Assembly (NCBI GenBank): GCA_964016885.1
Contig: OZ024741.1
Location: forward strand, 415,214,001 to 415,278,000
Reading direction: 5' to 3'
DNA: 64,000 bases
DNA from: Eledone cirrhosa
Taxonomy: Eukaryota
Shown: positions 15,001 through 30,000 of the stretch, piece after piece
Layout of the letters: the number at the start of each line of letters is the position of its first letter
Numbering within the stretch: position 1 is the first letter of the stretch
The notes under the pieces: model-generated
The model's database searches: none
What the model was told of the DNA's origin: nothing
The model's input: the letters and a program-made list of their open reading frames with translations, nothing else
Translations under genes and position numbers: made by a program

Positions 15001-18000
15001 AATTCCCTCACCTCTTTCTGTTCAAACCAGCCGTATCTGCCCAGAATTCCCTCACCTCTTTCTTTTTAAACCAGCTGTATCTGACCACAATTCTCTCACT
15101 TCTTTCTGTTCAAACCAGCTGTATCTGGTCAGAATTCTCTCACTTATTTCCGTTTAAACCAGCTGTATCTCGCCAGATTTCTCTCACTTCTTTTTATTCA
15201 AACCAGCTGTATCTGCCCAGAATTCCTTCTCCTCTTTCTGTTCAAACCATCTGTATCTGCCCAGAATTCTGTCACTTCTTTCTGTTCAAACCAGCTGTAT
15301 CTGCCCAGAATTCCCTCACCTCTCTCTGTTTAAACCTTCTGTATATGCCCAGAATGTTCTCACCTCTTTCTGTTCAAAGCAGCTGTATCTGCCCAGAATT
15401 CCCTCACTTCTTTCTGTTCAAACCAGCTGTATCTGCCCAGAATTCCCTCACCTCTTTCTGTTCAAACCAGCTGTATCTGGCCAGAATTCCCTTACCTCTT
15501 TCCGTTCAAATCATCTGTATCTGCCCAGAATTCTCTCACTTCTTTCTGTTCAAAGCAGCTGTATCTGACCAGAATTCTCTCACTTCATTCTGTTCAAACC
15601 AGCTGTATCTGACCAGAATTCTCTCACCTCTTTCTGTTCAAACCAGCTGTATCTGCCCAGAATTCCCTCACTTCTTTCTGTTCAAACCAGCTGTATCTGT
15701 CCAGAAATCCCTCACCTCTTTCTGTTCAAACCAGCTGTATCTGCCCAGAATTCTCTCACCTCTTTCTATTCAAACCAGCTGTATCTGGCCAGAATTCTCT
15801 CACTTCTTTCTGTTTAAACCAGCTGTATCTGGCCAGAATTCTCTCACCTCTTTCTGTTCAAACCAGCCGTATCTGCCCAGAATTCCCTCACCTCATTCTG
15901 TTCAAACCATCTGTATCTGACCAGAATTCCCTCTCCTCTTTCTGTTTAAACCATCTGTATCTGCCCAGAATTCTGTCACTTCTTTCTGTTCAAACCAGCT
16001 GTATCTGCCCAGAATTCCCTCACCTCTTTCTGTTTACACCTTCTGTATATGCCCAGAATTTTCTCACCTCTTTCTGTTCAAAGCAGCTGTATCTGCCCAG
16101 AATTCCCTCACTTCTTCCTGTTGAAACCAGCTGTATCTGCCCAGAATTCCCTCACCTCTTTCTGTTCAAACCAGCTGTATCTGGCCAGAATTCCCTCACC
16201 TCTTTCTGTTCAAATCATCTGTATCTGCCCAGAATTCTCTCACTTCTTTCTGTTCAAACCAGCGATATCTGCCCAGAATTCCCTCACCTCTTTCTGTTCA
16301 AACCAGCTGTATCTGACCAGAATTCTCTCACTTCATTCTGTTCAAACCAGCTGTATCTGACCAGAATTCTCTCACCTCTTTCTTTTCAAACCAGCTGTAT
16401 CTGCCCAGAATTCTCTCACCTGTTTCTGTTCAAATCAGCTGCATCTGGTCAGAATTCTCTCACTTCTTTCTGTTTAAACCAGCTGTATCTGGTCAGAATT
16501 CTCTCACTTCTTTCTGTTCAAACCAGCTGTATCTGACCAGAATTCCCTCACCTCTTTCTGTTCAAACCAGCTGTTTCTGCCCAGAATTCCCTCACTTCTT
16601 TCTGTTCAAACCAGCTGTATCTGCCCAGACTTCCCTCACCTCTTTCTGTTCACAACAGCTGTATCTGCCCAGAATTCCCTCACTTCTTTCTGTTCAAACC
16701 AGCTGTATCTGCCCAGAATTCTCTCACCTGTTTATGTTCAAACCAGCTGTATCTGGTCAGAATTCTCTCACTTCTTTCTGTTTAAACCAGCTGTATCTGG
16801 CCAGAATTCTCTCAATTTATTTCTGTTCACACCAGCTGTATCTGACCAGAATTCCCTCACCTCTTTCTGTTCAAACCAGCTGTATCTGACCAGAATTCTC
16901 TCACTTCTTTCTGTTCAAACCAGCTGTATCTGGCCAGAATTCCCTTACCTCTTTCCGTTCAAATCATCTGTATCTGCCCAGAATTCTCTCACTTCTTTCT
17001 GTTCAAACCAGCTGTATCTGACCAGAATTCTCTCACTTCATTCTGTTCAAACCAGCTGTATCTGACCAGAATTCTCTCACCTCTTTCTGTTCAAACCAGC
17101 TGTATCTGCCCAGAATTCCCTCACTTCTTTCTGTTCAAACCAGCTGTATCTGCCCAGAAATCCCTCACCTCTTTCTGTTCAAACCAGCTGTATCTGCCCA
17201 GAATTCTCTCACCTCATTCTGTTCAAACCAGCTGTATCTGCCCAGAATTCCCTCACCTCTTTCTTTTCAAACCAGCTGTATCTGACCAGAATTCTCTCAC
17301 TTCTTTCTGTTAAAACCAGCTGTATCTGGCCAGAATTCTCTCACTTCTTTCTGTTCAAACCAGCTGTATCTGACCAGAATTCTCTCACCTCTTTCTGTTC
17401 AAACCAGCTGTATCTGCCCAGAATTCTCTCACCTCTTTCTATTCAAACCAGCTGTATCTGGCCAGAATTCTCTCACTTCTTTCTGTTTAAACCAGCTGTA
17501 TCTGGCCAGAATTCTCTCACCTCTTTCTGTTCAAACCAGCCGTATCTGCCCAGAATTCCCTCACCACATTCTGTTCAAACCATCTGTATCTGACCAGAAT
17601 TCTGTCACTTCTTTCTGTTCAAACCAGCTGTATCTGCCCAGAATTCCCTCACCTCTTTCTGTTTACACCTTCTGTATATGCCCAGAATTTTCTCACCTCT
17701 TTCTGTTCAAAGCAGCTGTATCTGCCCAGAATTCCCTCACTTCTTCCTGTTGAAACCAGCTGTATCTGCCCAGAATTCCCTCACCTCTTTCTGTTCAAAC
17801 CAGCTGTATCTGGCCAGAATTCCCTCACCTCTTTCTGTTCAAATCATCTGTATCTGCCCAGAATTCTCTCAGTTCTTTCTGTTCAAACCAGCGATATCTG
17901 CCCAGAATTCCCTCACTTCTTTCTGTTCAAACCAGCTGTATCTGACCAGAATTCCCTCACCTCTTTCTGTTTACACCTTCTGTATATGCCCAGAATTTTC

Positions 18001-21000
18001 TCACCTCTTTCTGTTCAAAGCAGCTGTATCTGCCCAGAATTCCCTCACTTCTTCCTGTTGAAACCAGCTGTATCTGCCCAGAATTCCCTCACCTCTTTCT
18101 GTTCAAACCAGCTGTATCTGGCCAGAATTCCCTCACCTCTTTCTGTTCAAATCATCTGTATCTGCCCAGAATTCTCTCAGTTCTTTCTGTTCAAACCAGC
18201 GATATCTGCCCAGAATTCCCTCACCTCTTTCTGTTCAAACCAGCTGTATCTGACCAGAATTCTCTCACTTCATTCTGTTCAAACCAGCTGTATCTGACCA
18301 GAATTCTCTCACCTCTTTCTTTTCAAACCAGCTGTATCTGCCCAGAATTCTCTCACCTCTTTCTGTTCAAATCAGCTGCATCTGGTCAGAATTCTCTCAC
18401 TTCTTTCTGTTTAAACCAGCTGTATCTGGTCAGAATTCTCTCACTTCTTTCTGTTCAAACCAGCTGTATCTGACCAGAATTCCCTCACCTCTTTCTGTTC
18501 AAACCAGCTGTTTCTGCCCAGAATTCCCTCACTTCTTTCTGTTCAAACCAGCTGTATCTGCCCAGAATTCTCTCACCTGTTTATGTTCAAACCAGCTGTA
18601 TCTGGTCAGAATTCTCTCACTTCTTTCTGTTAAAACCAGCTGTATCTGGCCAGAATTCTCTCAATTTATTTCTGTTCACACCAGCTGTATCTGACCAGAA
18701 TTCCCTCACCTCTTTCTGTTCAAACCAGCTGTATCTGACCAGAATTCTCTCACTTCTTTCTGTTCAAACCAGCTGTATCTGCCCAGAATTCCCTCACCTC
18801 TTTCTGTTCAAACCAGCCGTATCTGCCCAGAATTCTCTTACCTCTTTCTGTTCAAACCAGCTGTATCTGCCCAGAATTCCCTCACCTCTTTCTGTTCAAA
18901 CCAGCTGTATCTGACCAGAATTCTCTCACCTGTTTCTGTTCAAACCAGCTTTATCTGGCCAGAATTTTCTCACTTCTTTCTGTTCAAACCAGCTGTGTCT
19001 GACCAGAATTCTCTCACTTCTTTCTGTTCAAACCATCTGTATCTGACCAGATGTCCCTCTCCTCTTTCTGTTTAAACCATCTGTATCTGCCCAGAATTCT
19101 GTCACTTCTTTCTGTTCAAACCAGCTGTATCTGACCAGAATTCTCTCACTTCATTCTGTTCAACCCAGCTGTATCTGACCAGAATTCTCTCACCTCTTTC
19201 TGTTCAAACCAGCTGTATCTGCCCAGAATTTCCTCACTTATTTCTGTTCAAACCAGCTGTATCTGCCCAGAAATCCCTCACCTCTTTCTGTTTAAACCAA
19301 CTGTATCTGGCCAGAATTCCCTCACTTCTTTCTGTTTAAACCTTCTGTATATGCCCACAATTTTCTCACCTCTTTCTGTTCAAACCAGCTGTATCTGACC
19401 AGAATTCTCTCACCTATTTCTGTTTAAACCAGCCATATCTGCCCAGAATTCCCTCACCTCTTTCTGTTCAAACCAGCTGTATCTGACCAGAATTCTCTCA
19501 CTTCTTTCTTTTCAAACCAGCTGTATCTGCCCAGAATTCTCTCACCTCTTTCTGTTCAAACCAGCTGTGTCTGCCCAGAATTCCCTCACCTCATTTTGTT
19601 CAAACCAGCTGTATCTGACCAGCATTCCCTCACCTCTTTCTGTTCAAACCAGCTGTATCTGGCCAGAATTCTCTTACCTCTTTCTGTTCAAACCAGCTGT
19701 ATCTGCCCAGAATTCCCTCACTTCTTTCTGTTCAAACCAGCTGTATCTGCCCAGAGTTCCCTCACCTCTTTCTGTTCAAGCCAGCTCTATTAGACCAGCA
19801 TTCCCTCACCTCTTTCTGTTCAAACCAGCTGTATCTGGCCAGAATTCCCTCACCTCTTTCTGTTTAAACCAGCTGTATCTGGCCAGAATTCTCTCACTTG
19901 TTTCTGTTCAAACCAGCTGTATCTGGTCAGAATTCTCTCACTTATTTCCGTTTAAACCAGCTGTATCTGGCCAGATTTCTCTCACTTCTTTTTATTCAAA
20001 CCAGCTGTATATGACCAGAATTCTCTCACTTCTTTCTGTTCAAACCAGCTGTATCTGCCCAGAATTCCTTCTCCTCTTTCTGTTCAAACCAGCTGTATCT
20101 GACCAGAATTCCCTCTCCTCTTTCTGTTTAAACCATCTGTATCTGCCCAGAATTCTGTCACTTCTTTCTGTTCAAACCAGCTGTATCTGCCCAGAATTCC
20201 CTCACCGCTTTCTGTTCAAACCAGCTGTATCTGCCCAGAATTCCCTCACCTCTTTCTGTTTAAACCTTCTGTATATGCCCAGAATGTTCTCACCTCTTTC
20301 TGTTCAAAGCAGCTGTATCTGCCCAGAATTCCCTCACTTCTTTCTGTTCAAACCAGCTGTATCTGACCAGAATTCCCTCACCTCTTTCTGTTTACACCTT
20401 CTGTATATGCCCAGAATTTTCTCACCTCTTTCTGTTCAAAGCAGCTGTATCTGCCCAGAATTCCCTCACTTCTTTCTGTTCAAACCAGCTGTATCTGCCC
20501 AGAATTCCCTCACCTCTTTCTGTTCAAACCAGCTGTATCTGGCCAGAATTCCCTCACCTCTTTCTGTTCAAACCAGCTGTATCTGCCCAGAATTCCCTCA
20601 CCTCTTTCTGTTCAAACCAGCTGTATCTGACCAGAATTCTCTCACCTGTTTCTGTTCAAACCAGCTTTATCTGGCCAGAATTTTCTCACTTCTTTCTGTT
20701 CAAACCAGCTGTGTCTGACCAGAATTCTCTCACTTCTTTCTGTTCAAACCATCTGTATCTGACCAGAAGTCCCTCTCCTCTTTCTGTTTAAACCATCTGT
20801 ATCTGCCCAGAATTCTGTCACTTCTTTCTGTTCAAACCAGCTGTATCTGACCAGAATTCTCTCACTTCATTCTGTTCAACCCAGCTGTATCTGACCAGAA
20901 TTCTCTCACCTCTTTCTGTTCAAACCAGCTGTATCTGCCCAGAATTTCCTCACTTATTTCTGTTCAAACCAGCTGTATCTGCCCAGAAATCCCTCACCTC

Positions 21001-24000
21001 TTTCTGTTTAAACCAGCTGTATCTGGCCAGAATTCCCTCACTTCTTTCTGTTTAAACCTTCTGTATATGCCAACAATTTTCTCACCTCTTTCTGTTCAAA
21101 CCAGCTGTATCTGACCAGAATTCTCTCACCTATTTCTGTTTAAACCAGCCATATCTGCCCAGAATTCCCTCACCTCTTTCTGTTCAAACCAGCTGTATCT
21201 GACCAGAATTCTCTCACTTCTTTCTTTTCAAACCAGCTGTATCTGCCCAGAATTCTCTCACCTCTTTCTGTTCAAACCAGCTGTGTCTGCCCAGAATTCC
21301 CTCACCTCTTTTTGTTCAAACCAGCTGTATCTGACCAGCATTCCCTCACCTCTTTCTGTTCAAACCAGCTGTATCTGGCCAGAATTCTCTTACCTCTTTC
21401 TGTTCAAACCAGCTGTATCTGCCCAGAATTCCCTCACTTCTTTCTGTTCAAACCAGCTGTATCTGCCCAGAGTTCCCTCACCTCTTTCTGTTCAAACCAG
21501 CTCTATTAGACCAGCATTCCCTCACCTCTTTCTGTTCAAACCAGCTGTATCTGGCCAGAATTCCCTCACCTCTTTCTGTTTAAACCAGCTGTATCTGGCC
21601 AGAATTCTCTCACTTGTTTCTGTTCAAACCAGCTGTATCTGGTCAGAATTCTCTCACTTATTTCCGTTTAAACCAGCTGTATCTGGCCAGATTTCTCTCA
21701 CTTCTTTTTATTCAAACCAGCTGTATATGACCAGAATTCTCTCACTTCTTTCTGTTCAAACCAGCTGTATCTGCCCAGAATTCCTTCTCCTCTTTCTGTT
21801 CAAACCAGCTGTATCTGACCAGAATTCCCTCTCCTCTTTCTGTTTAAACCATCTGTATCTGCCCAGAATTCTGTCACTTCTTTCTGTTCAAACCAGCTGT
21901 ATCTGCCCAGAATTCCCTCACCGCTTTCTGTTCAAACCAGCTGTATCTGCCCAGAATTCCCTCACCTCTTTCTGTTTAAACCTTCTGTATATGCCCAGAA
22001 TGTTCTCACCTCTTTCTGTTCAAAGCAGCTGTATCTGCCCAGAATTCCCTCACTTCTTTCTGTTCAAACCAGCTGTATCTGCCCAGAATTCCCTCACCTC
22101 TTTCTGTTCAAACCAGCTGTATCTGGCCAGAATTCCCTCACCTCTTTCTGTTCAAATCATCTGTATCTGCCCAGAATTCTCTCACTTCTTTCTGTTCAAA
22201 CCAGCGATATCTGCCCAGAATTCCCTCACCTCTTTCTGTTCAAACCAGCTGTATCTGACCAGAATTCTCTCACTTCATTCTGTTCAAACCAGCTGTATCT
22301 GACCAGAATTCTCTCACCTCTTTCTGTTCAAACCAGCTGTATCTGACCAGAATTCTCTCACCTCTTTCTTTTCAAACCAGCTGTATCTGCCCAGAATTCT
22401 CTCACCTGTTTCTGTTCAAATCAGCTGCATCTGGTCAGAATTCTCTCACTTCTTTCTGTTTAAACCAGCTGTATCTGGTCAGAATTCTCTCACTTCTTTC
22501 TGTTCAAACCAGCTGTATCTGACCAGAATTCCCTCACCTCTTTCTGTTCAAACCAGCTGTATCTGCCCAGAATTCCCTCACTCTTTCTGTTCACAACAGC
22601 TGTATCTGCCCAGAATTCCCTCACTTCTTTCTGTTCAAACCAGCTGTATCTGCCCAGAATTCTCTCACCTTTTTATGTTCAAACCAGCTGTATCTGGTCA
22701 GAATTCTCTCACTTCTTTCTGTTTAAACCAGCTGTATCTGGCCAGAATTCTCTCAATTTATTTCTGTTCACACCAGCTGTATCTGACCAGAATTCCCTCA
22801 CCTCTTTCTGTTCAAACCAGCTGTATCTGACCAGAATTCCCTCACTTCTTTCTGTTCAAACCAGCTGTATCTGCCCAGAATTCCCTCACCTCTTTCTGTT
22901 CAAACCAGCCGTATCTGCCCAGAATTCTCTTACCTCTTTCTGTTCAAACCAGCTGTATCTGCCCAGAATTCCCTCACCTCTTTCTGTTCAAACCAGCTGT
23001 ATCTGACCAGAATTCTCTCACCTGTTTCTGTTCAAACCAGCTGTATCTGGCCAGAATTTTCTCACTTCTTTCTGTTCAAACCAGCTGTGTCTGACCAGAA
23101 TTCTTTCACTTCTTTCTGTTCAAACCAGCTGTATCTGCCCAGAAATCCCTCACCTCTTTCTGTTCAAACCAGCTGTATCTGCCCAGAATTCTCTCACCTC
23201 ATTCTGTTCAAACCAGCTGTATCTGTCCAGAATTCCCTCACCTCTTTCTGTTCAAACCAGCCGTATCTGCCCAGAATTCCCTCACCTCTTTCTTTTCAAA
23301 CCAGCTGTATCTGACCACAATTCTATCACTTCTTTTTGTTCAAACCAGCTGTATCTGGCCAGAATTCTCTCACTTCTTTCTGTTCAAACCAGCTGTATCT
23401 GACCAGAATTCTCTCACCTCTTTCTGTTCAAAGCAGCTGTATCTGCCCAGAATTCCCTCACTTCTTTCTGTTCAAACCAGCTGTATCTGGTCAGAATTCT
23501 CTCACTTCTTTCTGTTTAAACCAGCTGTATCTGGCCAGAATTCTCTCAATTTATTTCTGTTCACACCAGCTGTATCTGACCAGAATTCCCTCACCTCTTT
23601 CTGTTCAAACCAGCTGTATCTGACCAGAATTCTCTCACTTCTTTCTGTTCAAACCAGCTGTATCTGCCCAGAATTCCCTCACCTCTTTCTGTTCAAACCA
23701 GCCGTATCTGCCCAGAATTCTCTTACCTCTTTCTGTTCAAACCAGCTGTATCTGCCCAGAATTCCCTCACCTCTTTCTGTTCAAACCAGCTGTATCTGAC
23801 CAGAATTCTCTCACCTGTTTCTGTTCAAACCAGCTGTATCTGGCCAGAATTTTCTCACTTCTTTCTGTTCAAACCAGCTGTGTCTGACCAGAATTCTCTC
23901 ACTTCTTTCTGTTCAAACCAGCTGTATCTGCCCAGAAATCCCTCACCTCTTTCTGTTCAAACCAGCTGTATTTGCCCAGAATTCTCTCACCTCATTCTGT

Positions 24001-27000
24001 TCAAACCAGCTGTATCTGTCCAGAATTCCCTCACCTCTTTCTGTTCAAACCAGCCGTATCTGCCCAGAATTCCCTCACCTCTTTCTTTTTAAACCAGCTG
24101 TATCTGACCACAATTCTCTCACTTTTTTCTGTTCAAACCAGCTGTATCTGGTCAGAATTCTCTCACTTATTTCCGTTTAAACCAGCTGTATCTCGCCAGA
24201 TTTCTCTCACTTCTTTTTATTCAAACCAGCTGTATCTGCCCAGAATTCCTTCTCCTCTTTCTGTTCAAACCAGCTGTATCTGACCAGAATTCCCTCTCCT
24301 CTTTCTGTTTAAACCATCTGTATCTGCCCAGAATTCTGTCACTTCTTTCTGTTCAAACCAGCTGTATCTGCCCAGAATTCCCTCACCTCTTTCTGTTTAA
24401 ACCTTCTGTATATGCCCAGAATGTTCTCACCTCTTTCTGTTCAAAGCAGCTGTATCTGCCCAGAATTCCCTCACTTCTTTCTGTTCAAACCAGCTGTATC
24501 TGCCCAGAATTCCCTCACCTCTTTCTGTTCAAACCAGCTGTATCTGGCCAGAATTCCCTTACCTCTTTCCGTTCAAATCATCTGTATCTGCCCAGAATTC
24601 TCTCACTTCTTTCTGTTCAAACCATCTGTATCTGACCAGAATTCTCTCACTTCATTCTGTTCAAACCAGCTGTATCTGACCAGAATTCTCTCACCTCTTT
24701 CTGTTCAAACCAGCTGTATCTGCCCAGAATTCCCTCACTTCTTTCTGTTCAAACCAGCTGTATCTGCCCAGAAATCCCTCACCTCTTTCTGTTCAAACCA
24801 GCTGTATCTGCCCAGAATTCTCTCACCTCATTCTGTTCAAACCAGCTGTATCTGCCCAGAATTCCCTCACCTCTTTCTTTTCAAACCAGCTGTATCTGAC
24901 CAGAATTCTCTCACTTCTTTCTGTTAAAACCAGCTGTATCTGGCCAGAATTCTCTCACTTCTTTCTGTTCAAACCAGCTGTATCTGACCAGAATTCTCTC
25001 ACCTCTTTCTGTTCAAACCAGCTGTATCTGCCCAGAATTCTCTCACCTCTTTCTATTCAAACCAGCTGTATCTGGCCAGAATTCTCTCACTTCTTTCTGT
25101 TTAAACCAGCTGTATCTGGCCAGAATTCTCTCACCTCTTTCTGTTCAAACCAGCCGTATCTGCCCAGAATTCCCTCACCTCATTCTGTTCAAACCATCTG
25201 TATCTGACCAGAATTCCCTCTCCTCTTTCTGTTTAAACCATCTGTATCTGCCCAGAATTCTGTCACTTCTTTCTGTTCAAACCAGCTGTATCTGCCCAGA
25301 ATTCCCTCACCTCTTTCTGTTTACACCTTCTGTATATGCCCAGAATTTTCTCACCTCTTTCTGTTCAAAGCAGCTGTATCTGCCCAGAATTCCCTCACTT
25401 CTTCCTGTTGAAACCAGCTGTATCTGCCCAGAATTCCCTCACCTCTTTCTGTTCAAACCAGCTGTATCTGGCCAGAATTCCCTCACCTCTTTCTGTTCAA
25501 ATCATCTGTATCTGCCCAGAATTCTCTCACTTCTTTCTGTTCAAACCAGCGATATCTGCCCAGAATTCCCTCACCTCTTTCTGTTCAAACCAGCTGTATC
25601 TGACCAGAATTCTCTCACTTCATTCTGTTCAAACCAGCTGTATCTGACCAGAATTCTCTCACCTCTTTCTTTTCAAACCAGCTGTATCTGCCCAGAATTC
25701 TCTCACCTGTTTCTGTTCAAATCAGCTGCATCTGGTCAGAATTCTCTCACTTCTTTCTGTTTAAACCAGCTGTATCTGGTCAGAATTCTCTCACTTCTTT
25801 CTGTTCAAACCAGCTGTATCTGACCAGAATTCCCTCACCTCTTTCTGTTCAAACCAGCTGTTTCTGCCCAGAATTCCCTCACTTCTTTCTGTTCAAACCA
25901 GCTGTATCTGCCCAGACTTCCCTCACCTCTTTCTGTTCACAACAGCTGTATCTGCCCAGAATTCCCTCACTTCTTTCTGTTCAAACCAGCTGTATCTGCC
26001 CAGAATTCTCTCACCTGTTTATGTTCAAACCAGCTGTATCTGGTCAGAATTCTCTCACTTCTTTCTGTTTAAACCAGCTGTATCTGGCCAGAATTCTCTC
26101 AATTTATTTCTGTTCACACCAGCTGTATCTGACCAGAATTCCCTCACCTCTTTCTGTTCAAACCAGCTGTATCTGACCAGAATTCTCTCACTTCTTTCTG
26201 TTCAAACCAGCTGTATCTGGCCAGAATTCCCTTACCTCTTTCCGTTCAAATCATCTGTATCTGCCCAGAATTCTCTCACTTCTTTCTGTTCAAACCAGCT
26301 GTATCTGACCAGAATTCTCTCACTTCATTCTGTTCAAACCAGCTGTATCTGACCAGAATTCTCTCACCTCTTTCTGTTCAAACCAGCTGTATCTGCCCAG
26401 AATTCCCTCACTTCTTTCTGTTCAAACCAGCTGTATCTGCCCAGAAATCCCTCACCTCTTTCTGTTCAAACCAGCTGTATCTGCCCAGAATTCTCTCACC
26501 TCATTCTGTTCAAACCAGCTGTATCTGCCCAGAATTCCCTCACCTCTTTCTTTTCAAACCAGCTGTATCTGACCAGAATTCTCTCACTTCTTTCTGTTAA
26601 AACCAGCTGTATCTGGCCAGAATTCTCTCACTTCTTTCTGTTCAAACCAGCTGTATCTGACCAGAATTCTCTCACCTCTTTCTGTTCAAACCAGCTGTAT
26701 CTGCCCAGAATTCTCTCACCTCTTTCTATTCAAACCAGCTGTATCTGGCCAGAATTCTCTCACTTCTTTCTGTTTAAACCAGCTGTATCTGGCCAGAATT
26801 CTCTCACCTCTTTCTGTTCAAACCAGCCGTATCTGCCCAGAATTCCCTCACCTCATTCTGTTCAAACCATCTGTATCTGACCAGAATTCCCTCTCCTCTT
26901 TCTGTTTAAACCATCTGTATCTGCCCAGAATTCTGTCACTTCTTTCTGTTCAAACCAGCTGTATCTGCCCAGAATTCCCTCACCTCTTTCTGTTTACACC

Positions 27001-30000
27001 TTCTGTATATGCCCAGAATTTTCTCACCTCTTTCTGTTCAAAGCAGCTGTATCTGCCCAGAATTCCCTCACTTCTTCCTGTTGAAACCAGCTGTATCTGC
27101 CCAGAATTCCCTCACCTCTTTCTGTTCAAACCAGCTGTATCTGGCCAGAATTCCCTCACCTCTTTCTGTTCAAATCATCTGTATCTGCCCAGAATTCTCT
27201 CACTTCTTTCTGTTCAAACCAGCGATATCTGCCCAGAATTCCCTCACCTCTTTCTGTTCAAACCAGCTGTATCTGACCAGAATTCTCTCACTTCATTCTG
27301 TTCAAACCAGCTGTATCTGACCAGAATTCTCTCACCTCTTTCTTTTCAAACCAGCTGTATCTGCCCAGAATTCTCTCACCTGTTTCTGTTCAAATCAGCT
27401 GCATCTGGTCAGAATTCTCTCACTTCTTTCTGTTTAAACCAGCTGTATCTGGTCAGAATTCTCTCACTTCTTTCTGTTCAAACCAGCTGTATCTGACCAG
27501 AATTCCCTCACCTCTTTCTGTTCAAAACAGCTGTTTCTGCCCAGAATTCCCTCACTTCTTTCTGTTCAAACCAGCTGTATCTGCCCAGAATTCTCTCACC
27601 TGTTTATGTTCAAACCAGCTGTATCTGGTCAGAATTCTCTCACTTCTTTCTGTTAAAACCAGCTGTATCTGGCCAGAATTCTCTCAATTTATTTCTGTTC
27701 ACACCAGCTGTATCTGACCAGAATTCCCTCACCTCTTTCTGTTCAAACCAGCTGTATCTGACCAGAATTCTCTCACTTCTTTCTGTTCAAACCAGCTGTA
27801 TCTGCCCAGAATTCCCTCACCTCTTTCTGTTCAAACCAGCCGTATCTGCCCAGAATTCTCTTACCTCTTTCTGTTCAAACCAGCTGTATCTGCCCAGAAT
27901 TCCCTCACCTCTTTCTGTTCAAACCAGCTGTATCTGACCAGAATTCTCTCACCTGTTTCTGTTCAAACCAGCTTTATCTGGCCAGAATTTTCTCACTTCT
28001 TTCTGTTTAAACCAGCTGTATCTGACCAGCATTCCCTCACTTCTTTCTGTTCAAACCATCTGTATCTGACCAGAAGTCCCTCTCCTCTTTCTGTTTAAAC
28101 CATCTGTATCTGCCCAGAATTCTGTCACTTCTTTCTGTTCAAACCAGCTGTATCTGACCAGAATTCTCTCACTTCATTCTGTTCAACCCAGCTGTATCTG
28201 ACCAGAATTCTCTCACCTCTTTCTGTTCAAACCAGCTGTATCTGCCCAGAATTTCCTCACTTATTTCTGTTCAAACCAGCTGTATCTGCCCAGAAATCCC
28301 TCACCTCTTTCTGTTTAAACCAGCTGTATCTGGCCAGAATTCCCTCACTTCTTTCTGTTTAAACCTTCTGTATAGGCCCACAATTTTCTCACCTCTTTCT
28401 GTTCAAACCAGCTGTATCTGACCAGAATTCTCTCACCTATTTCTGTTTAAACCAGCCATATCTGCCCAGAATTCCCTCACCTCTTTCTGTTCAAACCAGC
28501 TGTATCTGACCAGAATTCTCTCACTTCTTTCTTTTCAAACCAGCTGTATCTGCCCAGAATTCTCTCACCTCTTTCTGTTCAAACCAGCTGTGTCTGCCCA
28601 GAATTCCCTCACCTCTTTTTGTTCAAACCAGCTGTATCTGACCAGCATTCCCTCACCTCTTTCTGTTCAAACCAGCTGTATCTGGCCAGAATTCTCTTAC
28701 CTCTTTCTGTTCAAACCAGCTGTATCTGCCCAGAATTCCCTCACTTCTTTCTGTTCAAACCAGCTGTATCTGCCCAGAGTTCCCTCACCTCTTTCTGTTC
28801 AAACCAGCTCTATTAGACCAGCATTCCCTCACCTCTTTCTGTTCAAACCAGCTGTATCTGGCCAGAATTCCCTCACCTCTTTCTGTTTAAACCAGCTGTA
28901 TCTGGCCAGAATTCTCTCACTTGTTTCTGTTCAAACCAGCTGTATCTGGTCAGAATTCTCTCACTTATTTCCGTTTAAACCAGCTGTATCTGGCCAGATT
29001 TCTCTCACTTCTTTTTATTCAAACCAGCTGTATATGACCAGAATTCTCTCACTTCTTTCTGTTCAAACCAGCTGTATCTGCCCAGAATTCCTTCTCCTCT
29101 TTCTGTTCAAACCAGCTGTATCTGACCAGAATTCCCTCTCCTCTTTCTGTTTAAACCATCTGTATCTGCCCAGAATTCTGTCACTTCTTTCTGTTCAAAC
29201 CAGCTGTATCTGCCCAGAATTCCCTCACCGCTTTCTGTTCAAACCAGCTGTATCTGCCCAGAATTCCCTCACCTCTTTCTGTTTAAACCTTCTGTATATG
29301 CCCAGAATGTTCTCACCTCTTTCTGTTCAAAGCAGCTGTATCTGCCCAGAATTCCCTCACTTCTTTCTGTTCAAACCAGCTGTATCTGACCAGAATTCCC
29401 TCACCTCTTTCTGTTTACACCTTCTGTATATGCCCAGAATTTTCTCACCTCTTTCTGTTCAAAGCAGCTGTATCTGCCCAGAATTCCCTCACTTCTTTCT
29501 GTTCAAACCAGCTGTATCTGCCCAGAATTCCCTCACCTCTTTCTGTTCAAACCAGCTGTATCTGACCAGAATTCTCTCACCTGTTTCTTTTAAAACCAGC
29601 TTTATCTGGCCAGAATTTTCTCACTTCTTTCTGTTCAAACCAGCTGTGTCTGACCAGAATTCTCTCACTTCTTTCTGTTCAAACCATCTGTATCTGACCA
29701 GAAGTCCCTCTCCTCTTTCTGTTTAAACCATCTGTATCTGCCCAGAATTCTGTCACTTCTTTCTGTTCAAACCAGCTGTATCTGACCAGAATTCTCTCAC
29801 TTCATTCTGTTCAACCCAGCTGTATCTGACCAGAATTCTCTCACCTCTTTCTGTTCAAACCAGCTGTATCTGCCCAGAATTTCCTCACTTATTTCTGTTC
29901 AAACCAGCTGTATCTGCCCAGAAATCCCTCACCTCTTTCTGTTTAAACCAGCTGTATCTGGCCAGAATTCCCTCACTTCTTTCTGTTTAAACCTTCTGTA